Source of the DNA: Candidatus Zhuqueibacterota bacterium
GTDB taxonomy: Bacteria > Zhuqueibacterota > Zhuqueibacteria > Oceanimicrobiales > Oceanimicrobiaceae
Length of the DNA stretch: 34,860 nucleotides
Direction: 5' to 3'
Assembly (NCBI GenBank): GCA_011775825.1
Contig: JAABYK010000262.1
Span: 31,523-66,382, forward strand
Shown here: one piece after another, positions 19,004 to 26,965 of the stretch
Numbering within the stretch: the stretch's first letter is position 1
Layout of the letters: each line of letters opens with the position of its first letter
Notes under the pieces: model-generated
The model's database searches: none
What the model saw: the letters and a program-made list of their open reading frames with translations, nothing else
Told to the model about the DNA's origin: nothing
Translations under genes and position numbers: made by a program

Positions 19004-21220
19004 TCAGTCCTCATAGAAGGTTTCGTCATTCTCTGCCATTTTTTGCAAGAGCTCTGGCGGTTCAAATCGAGGTCCGCATTTTTCCGTAAGACCTTTAAGC
19101 TTGTCCAAACAGGTTTTCAGACCAAGACTTTGCGCGTACCTCAACAACCCGCCTCTGAACGGGGGGAAGCCGGTGCCAAAGACCAAACCCGCATCCACAT
19201 CCCTTGGGTGGCGTACAAGGTTCTCTTCCAGGCACAAGATGCCTTCCTTGATCATCGTGAAAACCAGACGCTCTTGAATTTCTTCTTTGGAAAGCTCACC
19301 GTCCGAACGAGTCAGATCTTTAATCAAATCATAAACAGCTGTATCAACCTCTTTGCTTTTGTTTTCATAAATGTAAAACCCTTGGCCCCCCTTCTTGCCA
19401 AGGCGCCCATCTTCATTCAGCCTCTCAATGATTCGAGATGGCGCCATTCGATTTTCAAAGCCTTTCTGCAAGATTTTTGAGACTTCGTACCCCACGTCGA
19501 TTCCGACTTCGTCGAGCAAGTGTAGCGGCCCCATTGGCATTCCGAATTCCACCATGGCCTTGTCAACTTCCATGATTTTCGCCCCTTCTTCCAGGAGCAA
19601 AGCGGCTTCATTGATGTAGGGTCCTAAAATACGATTCACCAAAAAGCCGGGACTGTTTTTTACCACGATCGGTATCTTGCCCAGTCTTTTTGCAAAGGCA
19701 ACGGCAGTAACCGTGGCCTGATCGGAAGTTTTTTGCCCCCGGATAATCTCCACCAACGGCATACGATGAACGGGATTGAAGAAATGAAAGCCGATCACAC
19801 GTTCGGGCTTTTTAACCGCCGACGCAATTTCGGTGATCGACAGAGAAGAGGTATTTGAAGCCAGCACGGTATTTTCACCTACCTTCTCTTCAATTTCCGA
19901 AAATACCTGTTTCTTGACATCCATGTTTTCGACCACGGCTTCGATGACGAAATCCATATTGCTGAACCCGCTGTAATCCGTGGTCCCGGAAATCAGCGTG
20001 TACTTGCGCTTCATGTCGCGGCGGCTCAGCTTTTTCTTCTCCACGGCTTTTTGAAACACCCGTTCGGCTTTTTGGAAACCGGCATTGAGAGCAGCATCGT
20101 CGATGTCCTTCATGCGGACCGGCAAATCGTGGTATGCCAAAAGCTGCGCGATGCCGCCGCCCATTAAGCCTGCACCCAACACTCCGACGTTTTTGACCTC
20201 CACATGCTGAAGCTTCGTCTTTTCGACGCCGGGATCTTTCTTGAGCGCTTCGTTCAGATAATAGATTGAGATCAGATTCTTACACACATCTGTGGTGATG
20301 AGCTCACCCAACAACTTGGCCTCGATTTCCAGACCCTCCTGCAACGATTTCCCATATCCTTTTTCCACTGATTCCAGAGCCTTGAGAGGCGCCGGATAGT
20401 GGCCTTTGGTGTTTTTCAGCGTGCGTTTTCTGGCTTGCTTGAACAAAAATTTCTGGCCCAAGCTATTGCTTTCCAAAAGAATGGCATGCAAGCGCTTGGC
20501 ATTTCGCTTCTTTTCATAGGCCGAGCGCAGAAAGCTTTGCTGCATGCTAAGAGCAAATTCTTCGGCTGCGGCTTTGATGAAAGAACCCGGATAATCCAGC
20601 GGCAAGACTTTGTCCACAATGCCTAATTTGCCGGCATATTTCGCATCCACCAGTTTTCCCGGAAGGATAAGCCTCAATGCTCTTTGAATTCCAATCAGCC
20701 TTGGCAACCGCTGTGTTCCGCCAAATCCCGGCAGAATCCCGAGCTTGACCTCCGGAAGTCCGATTTTGGTCTTGGGATGAATTTTAGCCAATCGAAAATG
20801 GCAAGCAAGGGCAAGCTCCAATCCGCCCCCTACACAGGTCCCCTGAATTGCAGCGATCACCGGAAACGGCAGATCGTAGATCTTCTGAAAAATGGCTTGA
20901 CCCATTTTGGCTTTTTGCGTGCCCTCCTCAGGATCGACGATATCTTTGATTTCGCCGACATCCGCCCCGGCAATGAAGTTGTCTTCTTTACCGCTTAAAA
21001 TGACCAGGGCTTTGATTCCGGTATAGGTTCGTAACTCATCCAACCATTTGTCCAATTCCGTCATGACTTCAGAGGAGAGGATATTCACTTTTTGCTCCTC
21101 TAAGTTAAGTTCGAGAAAGGCGACACCGCTCTCACGCTCGGTGAGTTTGAACGCTTTGCCCTTCTTCGCACGGATCGATTCTTCCATTGTCTTTGTGTCT
21201 TGCTTGACGTCTTCCGTCAT
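19004..21220 (-). CDS. fadB: Fused enoyl-CoA hydratase / 3-hydroxyacyl-CoA dehydrogenase (FadB/FadJ/FadN type)
   Basis: N-terminal crotonase fold (FIAGADVGEI, CVGGGLELALACH), then the NAD-binding GVLGAGLMGGGIAQ and the HFFNPVHRMPLVEI dehydrogenase motif. Confidence 0.9.
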   Translation of the reverse strand: MTEDVKQDTKTMEESIRAKKGKAFKLTERESGVAFLELNLEEQKVNILSSEVMTELDKWLDELRTYTGIKALVILSGKEDNFIAGADVGEIKDIVDPEEGTQKAKMGQAIFQKIYDLPFPVIAAIQGTCVGGGLELALACHFRLAKIHPKTKIGLPEVKLGILPGFGGTQRLPRLIGIQRALRLILPGKLVDAKYAGKLGIVDKVLPLDYPGSFIKAAAEEFALSMQQSFLRSAYEKKRNAKRLHAILLESNSLGQKFLFKQARKRTLKNTKGHYPAPLKALESVEKGYGKSLQEGLEIEAKLLGELITTDVCKNLISIYYLNEALKKDPGVEKTKLQHVEVKNVGVLGAGLMGGGIAQLLAYHDLPVRMKDIDDAALNAGFQKAERVFQKAVEKKKLSRRDMKRKYTLISGTTDYSGFSNMDFVIEAVVENMDVKKQVFSEIEEKVGENTVLASNTSSLSITEIASAVKKPERVIGFHFFNPVHRMPLVEIIRGQKTSDQATVTAVAFAKRLGKIPIVVKNSPGFLVNRILGPYINEAALLLEEGAKIMEVDKAMVEFGMPMGPLHLLDEVGIDVGYEVSKILQKGFENRMAPSRIIERLNEDGRLGKKGGQGFYIYENKSKEVDTAVYDLIKDLTRSDGELSKEEIQERLVFTMIKEGILCLEENLVRHPRDVDAGLVFGTGFPPFRGGLLRYAQSLGLKTCLDKLKGLTEKCGPRFEPPELLQKMAENDETFYED

Positions 21221-21861
21221 GGTGAAGCTCCTCCCTTCATGCTCGTTTGATTGTTGGTAACCCCGCGTAAAAACATATCGGCAATTTGATCGGCGGACTG
21301 TCGCAAATCGTATTTATTTCTTTTCAATAATACCCACTGAGTTGCAACTTCATCCAATGCGCCGAATATCGCTCTTTTGGCGAGACCGGGATGAATGTCA
21401 GCCCGGATGACTCCCTGCCTCTGTCCCTCAGAGATGAGTTCGCCAATCAAATTCAGATACTCTTTGAGTTTCGAGCCGGTATATTCTTTAATAAACTTAT
21501 TGCTTTGTCTTAATTCAAGTTGAAACACCTGAGCCAGCTTTGGGTTGTTTTTCACGAAATCCAGATGTGTGTGAATAAATGCACGCAACTTGTGGTCAAT
21601 TTGACTGGCAGACTCAATCTGTGCGTGTGCCTTGGCGATGAACTTCGCCATTTCTTCCTCGAAAATGGAGATCAAAATTTCATCTTTACCTTTAAAATAA
21701 AGATAAATGGTGCCATCCGCAACGCCCGCCCCTTTGGCGATTTCAGCAACTTTGGCATTGTAAAAACCCTTTTGCGCAAACACCTTAACAGCCGCGCGCA
21801 GAATACGTGTTCGTTTGTCGTTTTTGAAAGACATATCAGATCGCGAAAAATGAATGAGCAT
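21217..21861 (-). CDS. TetR/AcrR family transcriptional regulator, FadR(YsiA)-like, first gene of the fad/etf operon
   Basis: HTH region RILRAAVKVFAQKGFYNAKVAEIAKGAGVADGTIYLYFKGKDEIL. 4-nt overlap with the downstream gene. An alternative ATG at 21834 (MSFKNDKRTRIL) is equally plausible and would place the palindrome at 21850-21869 fully upstream. Confidence 0.88.
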   Translation of the reverse strand: MLIHFSRSDMSFKNDKRTRILRAAVKVFAQKGFYNAKVAEIAKGAGVADGTIYLYFKGKDEILISIFEEEMAKFIAKAHAQIESASQIDHKLRAFIHTHLDFVKNNPKLAQVFQLELRQSNKFIKEYTGSKLKEYLNLIGELISEGQRQGVIRADIHPGLAKRAIFGALDEVATQWVLLKRNKYDLRQSADQIADMFLRGVTNNQTSMKGGASP

Positions 21862-21869
21862 TCATTCAT
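21850..21869. promoter_or_regulatory. Perfect 8-4-8 palindrome ATGAATGA-GCAT-TCATTCAT, candidate TetR/FadR operator
   Basis: Read directly at 21850-21869, at or just upstream of the TetR gene start. The TGAATGA/TCATTCA half-sites resemble, from memory, the Bacillus subtilis FadR (YsiA) box. Confidence 0.55.
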
Positions 21870-22039
21870 AAAATAAAAAGCTCAGGTTAAAAGTCAAGTT
21901 ATATTTCAAATGTCGGATTGACGTTTACTTACAGGGTTATTCGCCGTGCAGTGTCAGGGCGTAAATCGATTCCAAAGCAACAAACTCATTCTTTGTAGTT
22001 TGAGTGTAAATGGCCGAACGAAAACTCGTTAGTGCACGT

Positions 22040-22067
22040 CATTCCGTCCCGACGCTTCGGGACGGAA
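22040..22067. repeat. Perfect 11-12 bp stem hairpin ATTCCGTCCCG-ACGCTT-CGGGACGGAAT (REP-like element)
   Basis: Read directly. A second, weaker hairpin follows (TCCCGA 22091-22096 / TCGGGA 22107-22112). A related core CCCGACGC..CGCTTCAGGA occurs at 25460-25482. Confidence 0.7.
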
Positions 22068-22136
22068 TCTCCAAGAATTAGGCAGGAGATTCCCGAACAA
22101 AAGATCTCGGGATTGACAGCAACAGACCGTTTTCGT

Positions 22137-22274
22137 TTAGCTACTAATTATTTCTTTGTTGTTTAAATTCTTCCGCAAAAAACGGAGGTAGGTGGGCCTG
22201 GTAAGGAGTTCAGGCAGAAAATCACCTTCCCACCAGGGGTTGAACTTATAGAGTTCCTCGCTCGAATTCGCCAT
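22137..22274 (-). pseudogene. 45-codon N-terminal remnant of an AAA+ ATPase (NPWW-type, DUF4143-associated family)
   Basis: My minus-strand translation is MANSSEELYKFNPWWEGDFLPELLTRPTYLRFLRKNLNNKEIISS-stop. It matches the characteristic N-terminus (..NPWW....R......L....II) that normally precedes the Walker A loop. Here it stops before the P-loop and runs into hairpin repeats. Confidence 0.5.
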
Positions 22275-22295
22275 CGTTTAGCCTATTATAAGTTT

Positions 22296-22342
22296 GCTAT
22301 CGTATAAAATACGAGAATAGTATACGATAGCATCGTATAAAA
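22296..22342. promoter_or_regulatory. Operator-like array: inverted repeat GCTATCGTATA-N14-TATACGATAGC plus a third ATCGTATAAAA copy
   Basis: Read directly: 22296-22306 and 22321-22331 are perfect reverse complements. ATCGTATAAAA recurs at 22299-22309 and 22332-22342. The array lies about 100 nt upstream of the Ada-like gene and upstream (other strand) of the ATPase remnant. Confidence 0.5.
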
Positions 22343-22445
22343 ACCAATGTTTTTGCGTTTCTTGGAAGAAAAAACAAGAATCGGGTGGAAGATAAGTGTC
22401 GACATGTTTATATTGAGCGCGGACAATGAACAGGAGGAACAAATT

Positions 22446-23309
22446 ATGGTGCAAAATTTTGAGCAATCAGCATTGGATTATGAGCGCGTCGAAAAGGCGA
22501 TTGCATACTTGGAACAAAATTTTCATCGGCAGCCAGGTTTGTCGGAAATCGCCAAGGGTGCGCATGTCAGTGAACATCATTTTCAAAAACTCTTCAGTCG
22601 ATGGGTTGGCATTAGCCCAAAGCGGTTTTTGCAATATTTGACAAAAGAATACGCCAAGGAGCTATTAAACGAACCAACGAATCTTTTGGACGTCACATAT
22701 GAAACGGGTTTGTCGAGTCCTGGGCGCTTGCACGATTTATTTGTGACCTGTGAAGCGGTGACTCCCGGTGAATTCAAGAATCGAGGCGAGGGCTTAGTAA
22801 TTGAATACGGGATTCATCCCTCCCCATTTGGTAGATGCATGCTTGCGGTGACGGAACGAGGAATCTGTGGCCTGGCCTTCCTTAAAGACGAGTCAGCAGA
22901 TGACGAGCTTGTTTCAATGAAAAAACGCTGGAACAGAGCACAATTCAGGAAGAATTCCCAGAAGACGGCCAAATTGATCAATGGGATTTTTAAACCCCTG
23001 AATGGAGAAAAGACGCCGTCCTTTCACCTGTTTTTAAAGGGCACCAACTTCCAAATCAAGGTTTGGGAGGGGTTGTTGAGAATTCCATCCGGACAGGTTG
23101 TCTCATATGAGCACGTTGCCGAGCAGATCGGCCAGCCGAGGGCCGCGCGAGCCGTCGCCAACGCGGTGGCTCAGAACCCTGTGCCGTTTCTGATTCCATG
23201 CCATAGAGTGATTCGTAAAGTTGGGGACTTTGGCGGCTACCAAGGCGGGAGTGCCAGAAAAAAAGCCCTGCTTGGATGGGAGGCGGTTCAGAAAAATCGT
23301 CGTGATTGA
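22446..23309 (+). CDS. ada: AraC-family HTH fused to methylated-DNA--protein-cysteine methyltransferase (Ada-like, without the N-terminal Zn methyl-phosphotriester domain)
   Basis: AraC HTH (LSEIAKGAHVSEHHFQKLFSRWVGISPKRFLQYL...GLSSPGRLHDLF) followed by the MGMT active site IPCHRVIRKVGDFGGY. AGGAGG Shine-Dalgarno 8 nt before ATG 22446. The maximal ORF starts at 22347. Confidence 0.88.
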   Translation: MVQNFEQSALDYERVEKAIAYLEQNFHRQPGLSEIAKGAHVSEHHFQKLFSRWVGISPKRFLQYLTKEYAKELLNEPTNLLDVTYETGLSSPGRLHDLFVTCEAVTPGEFKNRGEGLVIEYGIHPSPFGRCMLAVTERGICGLAFLKDESADDELVSMKKRWNRAQFRKNSQKTAKLINGIFKPLNGEKTPSFHLFLKGTNFQIKVWEGLLRIPSGQVVSYEHVAEQIGQPRAARAVANAVAQNPVPFLIPCHRVIRKVGDFGGYQGGSARKKALLGWEAVQKNRRD

Positions 23310-23357
23310 GATAAGTGAGGCAAAATGTAAAATACCAGGCCCCTGATTCGGGATGTG

Positions 23358-23597
23358 CTAGTCGCGATTAGTCCTTTTCCGCGACTCGCGAATCGCCCCC
23401 ACACTCGAAAGAGTGGACACAAAATAAGGCACCGTCACGGTCAGCAAGATCTTCAGCCAGCTAAGCGTGGTGATGTTTCCATTCAAGAGCACATCGCCTT
23501 GATTAATCACGATCAGGATGGTGCCAACGATGATCGCAAACTTAAGTCCCCGTACAACAACCTTACGTTGAAAACAAATCCGTAACCATTCCCTCAT
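23358..23597 (-). CDS. nrtS: NrtS-family small membrane protein (putative nitrate/nitrite transporter)
   Basis: 79 aa with 2 TM segments. VVVRGLKFAIIVGTILIVINQGDVLL...LTVTVPYFVSTLSSVGAIRE matches my recollection of the NrtS family signature (INQGD, VPY.VST.SS). Confidence 0.6.
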   Translation of the reverse strand: MREWLRICFQRKVVVRGLKFAIIVGTILIVINQGDVLLNGNITTLSWLKILLTVTVPYFVSTLSSVGAIRESRKRTNRD

Positions 23598-23910
23598 ATC
23601 TTTATGCCGCTCATCAGTTGTTCAGTTAGTGCTTTTAAAATCGGAAGAATATACTCAATTGTTTTAAAAATTGTCAAGTTTTAATCTGTCGTCAGAACCC
23701 CCGAACCAAATAAAAACGAGGTGAGCATTCTTACAAATTTCTGAGATAAAAATTCCTTGCATTTTTGTGGTGAGTTCGGTTTTTTGAAGTACACGCAAGA
23801 GAAATAGTGGATTCTTGGGCCAGGAACCTTCAACCTACAAAGTGGGGCATTGGAAATTGGCTGAAAAAGATCGTGTTGATTTACCGTCAGATTTGCAAGA
23901 TTTTGGCGAT

Positions 23911-25362
23911 ATGCCACCGGAGCAGTTTCGTGAATTTGGCACCAAATTCATCGGGTGGATCGCAGACTATCTTGAAAACATCGAGCAGCATGCCGTTCTG
24001 CCAAACGTAAAACCGAGCGATATTCGCACGATGCTCCCTGAATCGCCGCCCGAATCCGGGGAAACGATGCATCACATCCTTGCGGATATTGACAAAATCA
24101 TCATGTCCGGCATGACTCACTGGAATCACCCGGGCTTCTTTGCTTATTTCGCAATCACGGGCAGCGGTCCCGGAATTTTAGGGGAGTTGCTCAGCGCCGC
24201 CTTTAATATCAACGGCATGTTGTGGAAAACATGTCCGGCGTCGACGGAATTAGAGCAGACGACTTTAGACTGGTTGCGTCAGATGCTTGGACTGCCCGAG
24301 GAATTTTGGGGCATCATTTATGACACAGCTTCCATCAGCAGCATGCACGCCATTGCAGCCGCACGTGAACAACTTGCTGACTGGCAAATTCGCGAAAAGG
24401 GTTTATCCGGCCGCAGCGATCTGCCACGCTTGCGACTTTATACTTCGGAACATGCGCACTCCTCTATCGATAAAGCCGCCATTACTCTCGGCATAGGATT
24501 GGAGGGAATTCGCAAGATTCCAGTGGATGAAAAATATCAGATGAGAGTTGATGCCCTCGACAAAGCCATAGAGGAAGACCGCGAAAGCGGTTGGCGACCG
24601 TTTTGCGTGGTTGCAACGGTGGGGACCACCTCAACCACCAGTATCGACCCCGTAGCGGAAATTGCTGAGATTTGCCAACAGGAGGACGTGTGGTTGCATG
24701 TGGATGCAGCCTATGGCGGTTCGGCCGCAGTAGTGCCTGAAATGCGCCACGTACTCGCTGGTTGTGAGCGCGCGGATTCCGTTGTCGTCAATCCGCATAA
24801 GTGGTTGTTTGTGCCTGTTGACTTAAGCGCATTTTTTACCCGCAAACCGGATGTTTTGAAACGTGCCTTCAGCCTCGTGCCCGAATATCTGCGAACATCA
24901 GAAGACAGCAAAGTCGAAAACTTCATGGATTATGGCTTGCAGCTCGGTCGCCGGTTTCGGGCTCTGAAACTGTGGTTCGTTCTACGCTATTTTGGGACTG
25001 AAGGCATCGCGGAACGCATTCGACACCACATCAAGTTAGCGCAGGAGTTCGCCAAATGGGTTGACGAGCATGCGGATTTCGAACGCATGGCGCCAGTACC
25101 ATTCAGCTCGGTATGTTTTCGCGCGCATCCGAAAAACATGCAAGACCAGATGCAGCTAAACGCGCTTAATGAACGTTTGGTGGAAGCCGTAAACGGAACC
25201 GGAGAAGTGTTCCTGTCCCACACGAAGCTCAACGGCGACCTGGTGCTGCGGTTGGCTGTGGGTAACTTGCGAACTGAGGAACGGCACGTAGGTCGGGTTT
25301 GGGAGATTTTGTCCGAGAAATTAAAGCGAATTCAAAAGCATATTCAGGTAGATAGGCTGTAG
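23911..25362 (+). CDS. Group II pyridoxal-dependent decarboxylase (aromatic-L-amino-acid/tyrosine decarboxylase-like)
   Basis: MPPEQFREFGTKFIGWIADYLENIE...THWNHPGFFAYF...NPHKWLFVPVDLSAFF, which contains the PLP-lysine motif. The maximal ORF starts at TTG 23815. ATG 23911 matches the family N-terminus. Confidence 0.88.
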   Translation: MPPEQFREFGTKFIGWIADYLENIEQHAVLPNVKPSDIRTMLPESPPESGETMHHILADIDKIIMSGMTHWNHPGFFAYFAITGSGPGILGELLSAAFNINGMLWKTCPASTELEQTTLDWLRQMLGLPEEFWGIIYDTASISSMHAIAAAREQLADWQIREKGLSGRSDLPRLRLYTSEHAHSSIDKAAITLGIGLEGIRKIPVDEKYQMRVDALDKAIEEDRESGWRPFCVVATVGTTSTTSIDPVAEIAEICQQEDVWLHVDAAYGGSAAVVPEMRHVLAGCERADSVVVNPHKWLFVPVDLSAFFTRKPDVLKRAFSLVPEYLRTSEDSKVENFMDYGLQLGRRFRALKLWFVLRYFGTEGIAERIRHHIKLAQEFAKWVDEHADFERMAPVPFSSVCFRAHPKNMQDQMQLNALNERLVEAVNGTGEVFLSHTKLNGDLVLRLAVGNLRTEERHVGRVWEILSEKLKRIQKHIQVDRL

Positions 25363-25587
25363 GAGGAAATACAGCCCGCAACGAGACTTCGAGCGTTGAC
25401 TAGTTGACGAATTGATGATCTATGCCAGATGAGAAGAGCGATAGTTTCGGTGCCTCCAATCCCGACGCCTACGCTTCAGGATCGAAGGATGTGCAAGAGA
25501 AAGTGAGGCGGGATAGACGCTTTGATTCGATCATTATGCCAAACACAACAGCCTACAGTCTACGCCTGAATTAGTTACTTTATTTCT

Positions 25588-25616
25588 TTGAAATTGAACG
25601 TGAGTTTTGATAAATT
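25588..25616 (+). promoter_or_regulatory. Candidate sigma70-type promoter for the Fn3/beta-propeller gene
   Basis: TTGAAA (25588-25593), a 17-nt spacer, then TAAATT (25611-25616), about 25 nt upstream of ATG 25641. By eye only. Confidence 0.35.
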
Positions 25617-25640
25617 CAGATAAACATTCTAACAAAGACC

Positions 25641-26918
25641 ATGCATGCTTTTTTCTCAAAGATCGCGAAAATTCAGACATTCATAATTCCGGTGAGCGTC
25701 TTAGCTTTATTCAAGTTCATGGCGTGCAGTGGGGACGAACCGACATCTGTTGGAGGCTTGGCAGCGCCTGCGAATTTAGTTGCCACGCCCGTCTCTTCAA
25801 TGCAAATCGAATTGACCTGGAACGACAACGCTACCGATGAAAAGGGCTATAGAGTTGAAAGACGCGTGGCGACCGTGGTGGATAAGGTCAAGGAGATTGG
25901 AGGCAACTCTATTCGCTACCGAGATGTCATGCTGAATCCAAATACCGAGTATACCTACCGAGTTCGAGCTTTTAGAGATATGCAGGCATCTAATTCTTCA
26001 AATACTGCCGCCGCTACAACCTTTTCAAATGACGGCCCGTGGTTCGAATTAACAAGCGAAACCGAGAAGGATCTTCATGCAGTAGCTTATGTTGATGAAG
26101 AAATTGCCACGGTGGTTGGCGAGACAGGCAGCATACGCCGCACCAAAGATCTTGGCGAAAGTTGGACAGGGCAGGGAAGTGGGACTGCAAACAAGTTTCA
26201 CGATGTTTTCTTCCTCGATGTGAATTCCGGGACAGCCGTAAGCAGTGTATTTCCAAGTGGAACGGCCGTCATTCGACGTACTTTGAACGGTGGGCTGGTC
26301 TGGTCGGATCCGCCGCCAACTTCGCTGACGGAAGATCTGTGGGCCGTAACCTTTGCCGATGAAGACACGGGCATGATAGTCGGAGCAAGTGGAACGGTGC
26401 TGCGAACCACAAACAACGGGTTGAACTGGGCTGCCCAGGAAAGCGAAATAACCAGTGATTTGTTCGCTGTACACTTAATCAGTCCGGATACGGGAGTTGC
26501 GGTTGGTTCGTCCGGGATGATTATAAAGACCATCGATGGCGGCAACGACTGGCTGGTCTTAGCAAGTGGAACCATGGAGGACCTGTATGGAGTGTGCTTT
26601 ACCGCCGCGGACACTGGAACCGTGGTCGGGAGCAACGGATTGATTTTGCGTACTACAGACGGCGGTGCCAACTGGATAAGCCAAAATAGCGGTGTCAGCA
26701 ACGACCTGTTTGAGATCCATTTTACTTCGCAGGACACGGCTTATGCAGTGGGGTCAAGCGGCGTCATTCTCAAGACAACCGACGGCGGAGCGAATTGGAA
26801 ACCACTGTACAGCAACACGAGCAATACCTTATATGACATCTGGTTTCTTGATTCGGAGCATGGCATGATTTCGGGCGAATACGGTACTGTTCTGTGGACG
26901 GACTCAGGTGGAGAGTAG
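25641..26918 (+). CDS. Lipoprotein with one fibronectin type III domain and a 7-bladed Ycf48/BNR-like beta-propeller
   Basis: Signal peptide plus lipobox (LALFKFMAC). Fn3 region (PANLVATPVSSMQIELTWNDNATDEKGYRVERR). Then seven ~42-aa repeats of the form DL..V.F.d.dtG..VG..G.il.TtDGG..W. Confidence 0.8.
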   Translation: MHAFFSKIAKIQTFIIPVSVLALFKFMACSGDEPTSVGGLAAPANLVATPVSSMQIELTWNDNATDEKGYRVERRVATVVDKVKEIGGNSIRYRDVMLNPNTEYTYRVRAFRDMQASNSSNTAAATTFSNDGPWFELTSETEKDLHAVAYVDEEIATVVGETGSIRRTKDLGESWTGQGSGTANKFHDVFFLDVNSGTAVSSVFPSGTAVIRRTLNGGLVWSDPPPTSLTEDLWAVTFADEDTGMIVGASGTVLRTTNNGLNWAAQESEITSDLFAVHLISPDTGVAVGSSGMIIKTIDGGNDWLVLASGTMEDLYGVCFTAADTGTVVGSNGLILRTTDGGANWISQNSGVSNDLFEIHFTSQDTAYAVGSSGVILKTTDGGANWKPLYSNTSNTLYDIWFLDSEHGMISGEYGTVLWTDSGGE

Positions 26919-26965
26919 GGTAGTCATTGACTTGATACCTTTTTAAAGTTTAAATCGTTTGGATT

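Noticed and set aside
21862-22445. Replication origin at the minus-to-plus strand switch
   Set aside because: There is no dnaA/dnaN nearby and no cluster of DnaA boxes in the gap. The only TTATCCACA I found (15144-15152) is a lone copy inside etfA.
25355-25376. Stem-loop GGCTGTA-GGAGGAAA-TACAGCC over the decarboxylase stop codon as a terminator
   Set aside because: No U-tract follows it. It may be incidental, so it is not called.
25422-25574. 50-codon ORF MPDEKSDSFGASNPDAYASGSKD... in the decarboxylase/propeller spacer
   Set aside because: It has no Shine-Dalgarno, runs through the palindromic repeat element, and has a low-complexity composition. It is likely non-coding.
26198-26737. 179-aa antisense ORF (also 26049..26474) within the propeller gene
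   Set aside because: It is an artefact of the repetitive, GC-biased sense sequence. The plus-strand frame has the clear Fn3 and blade repeats.
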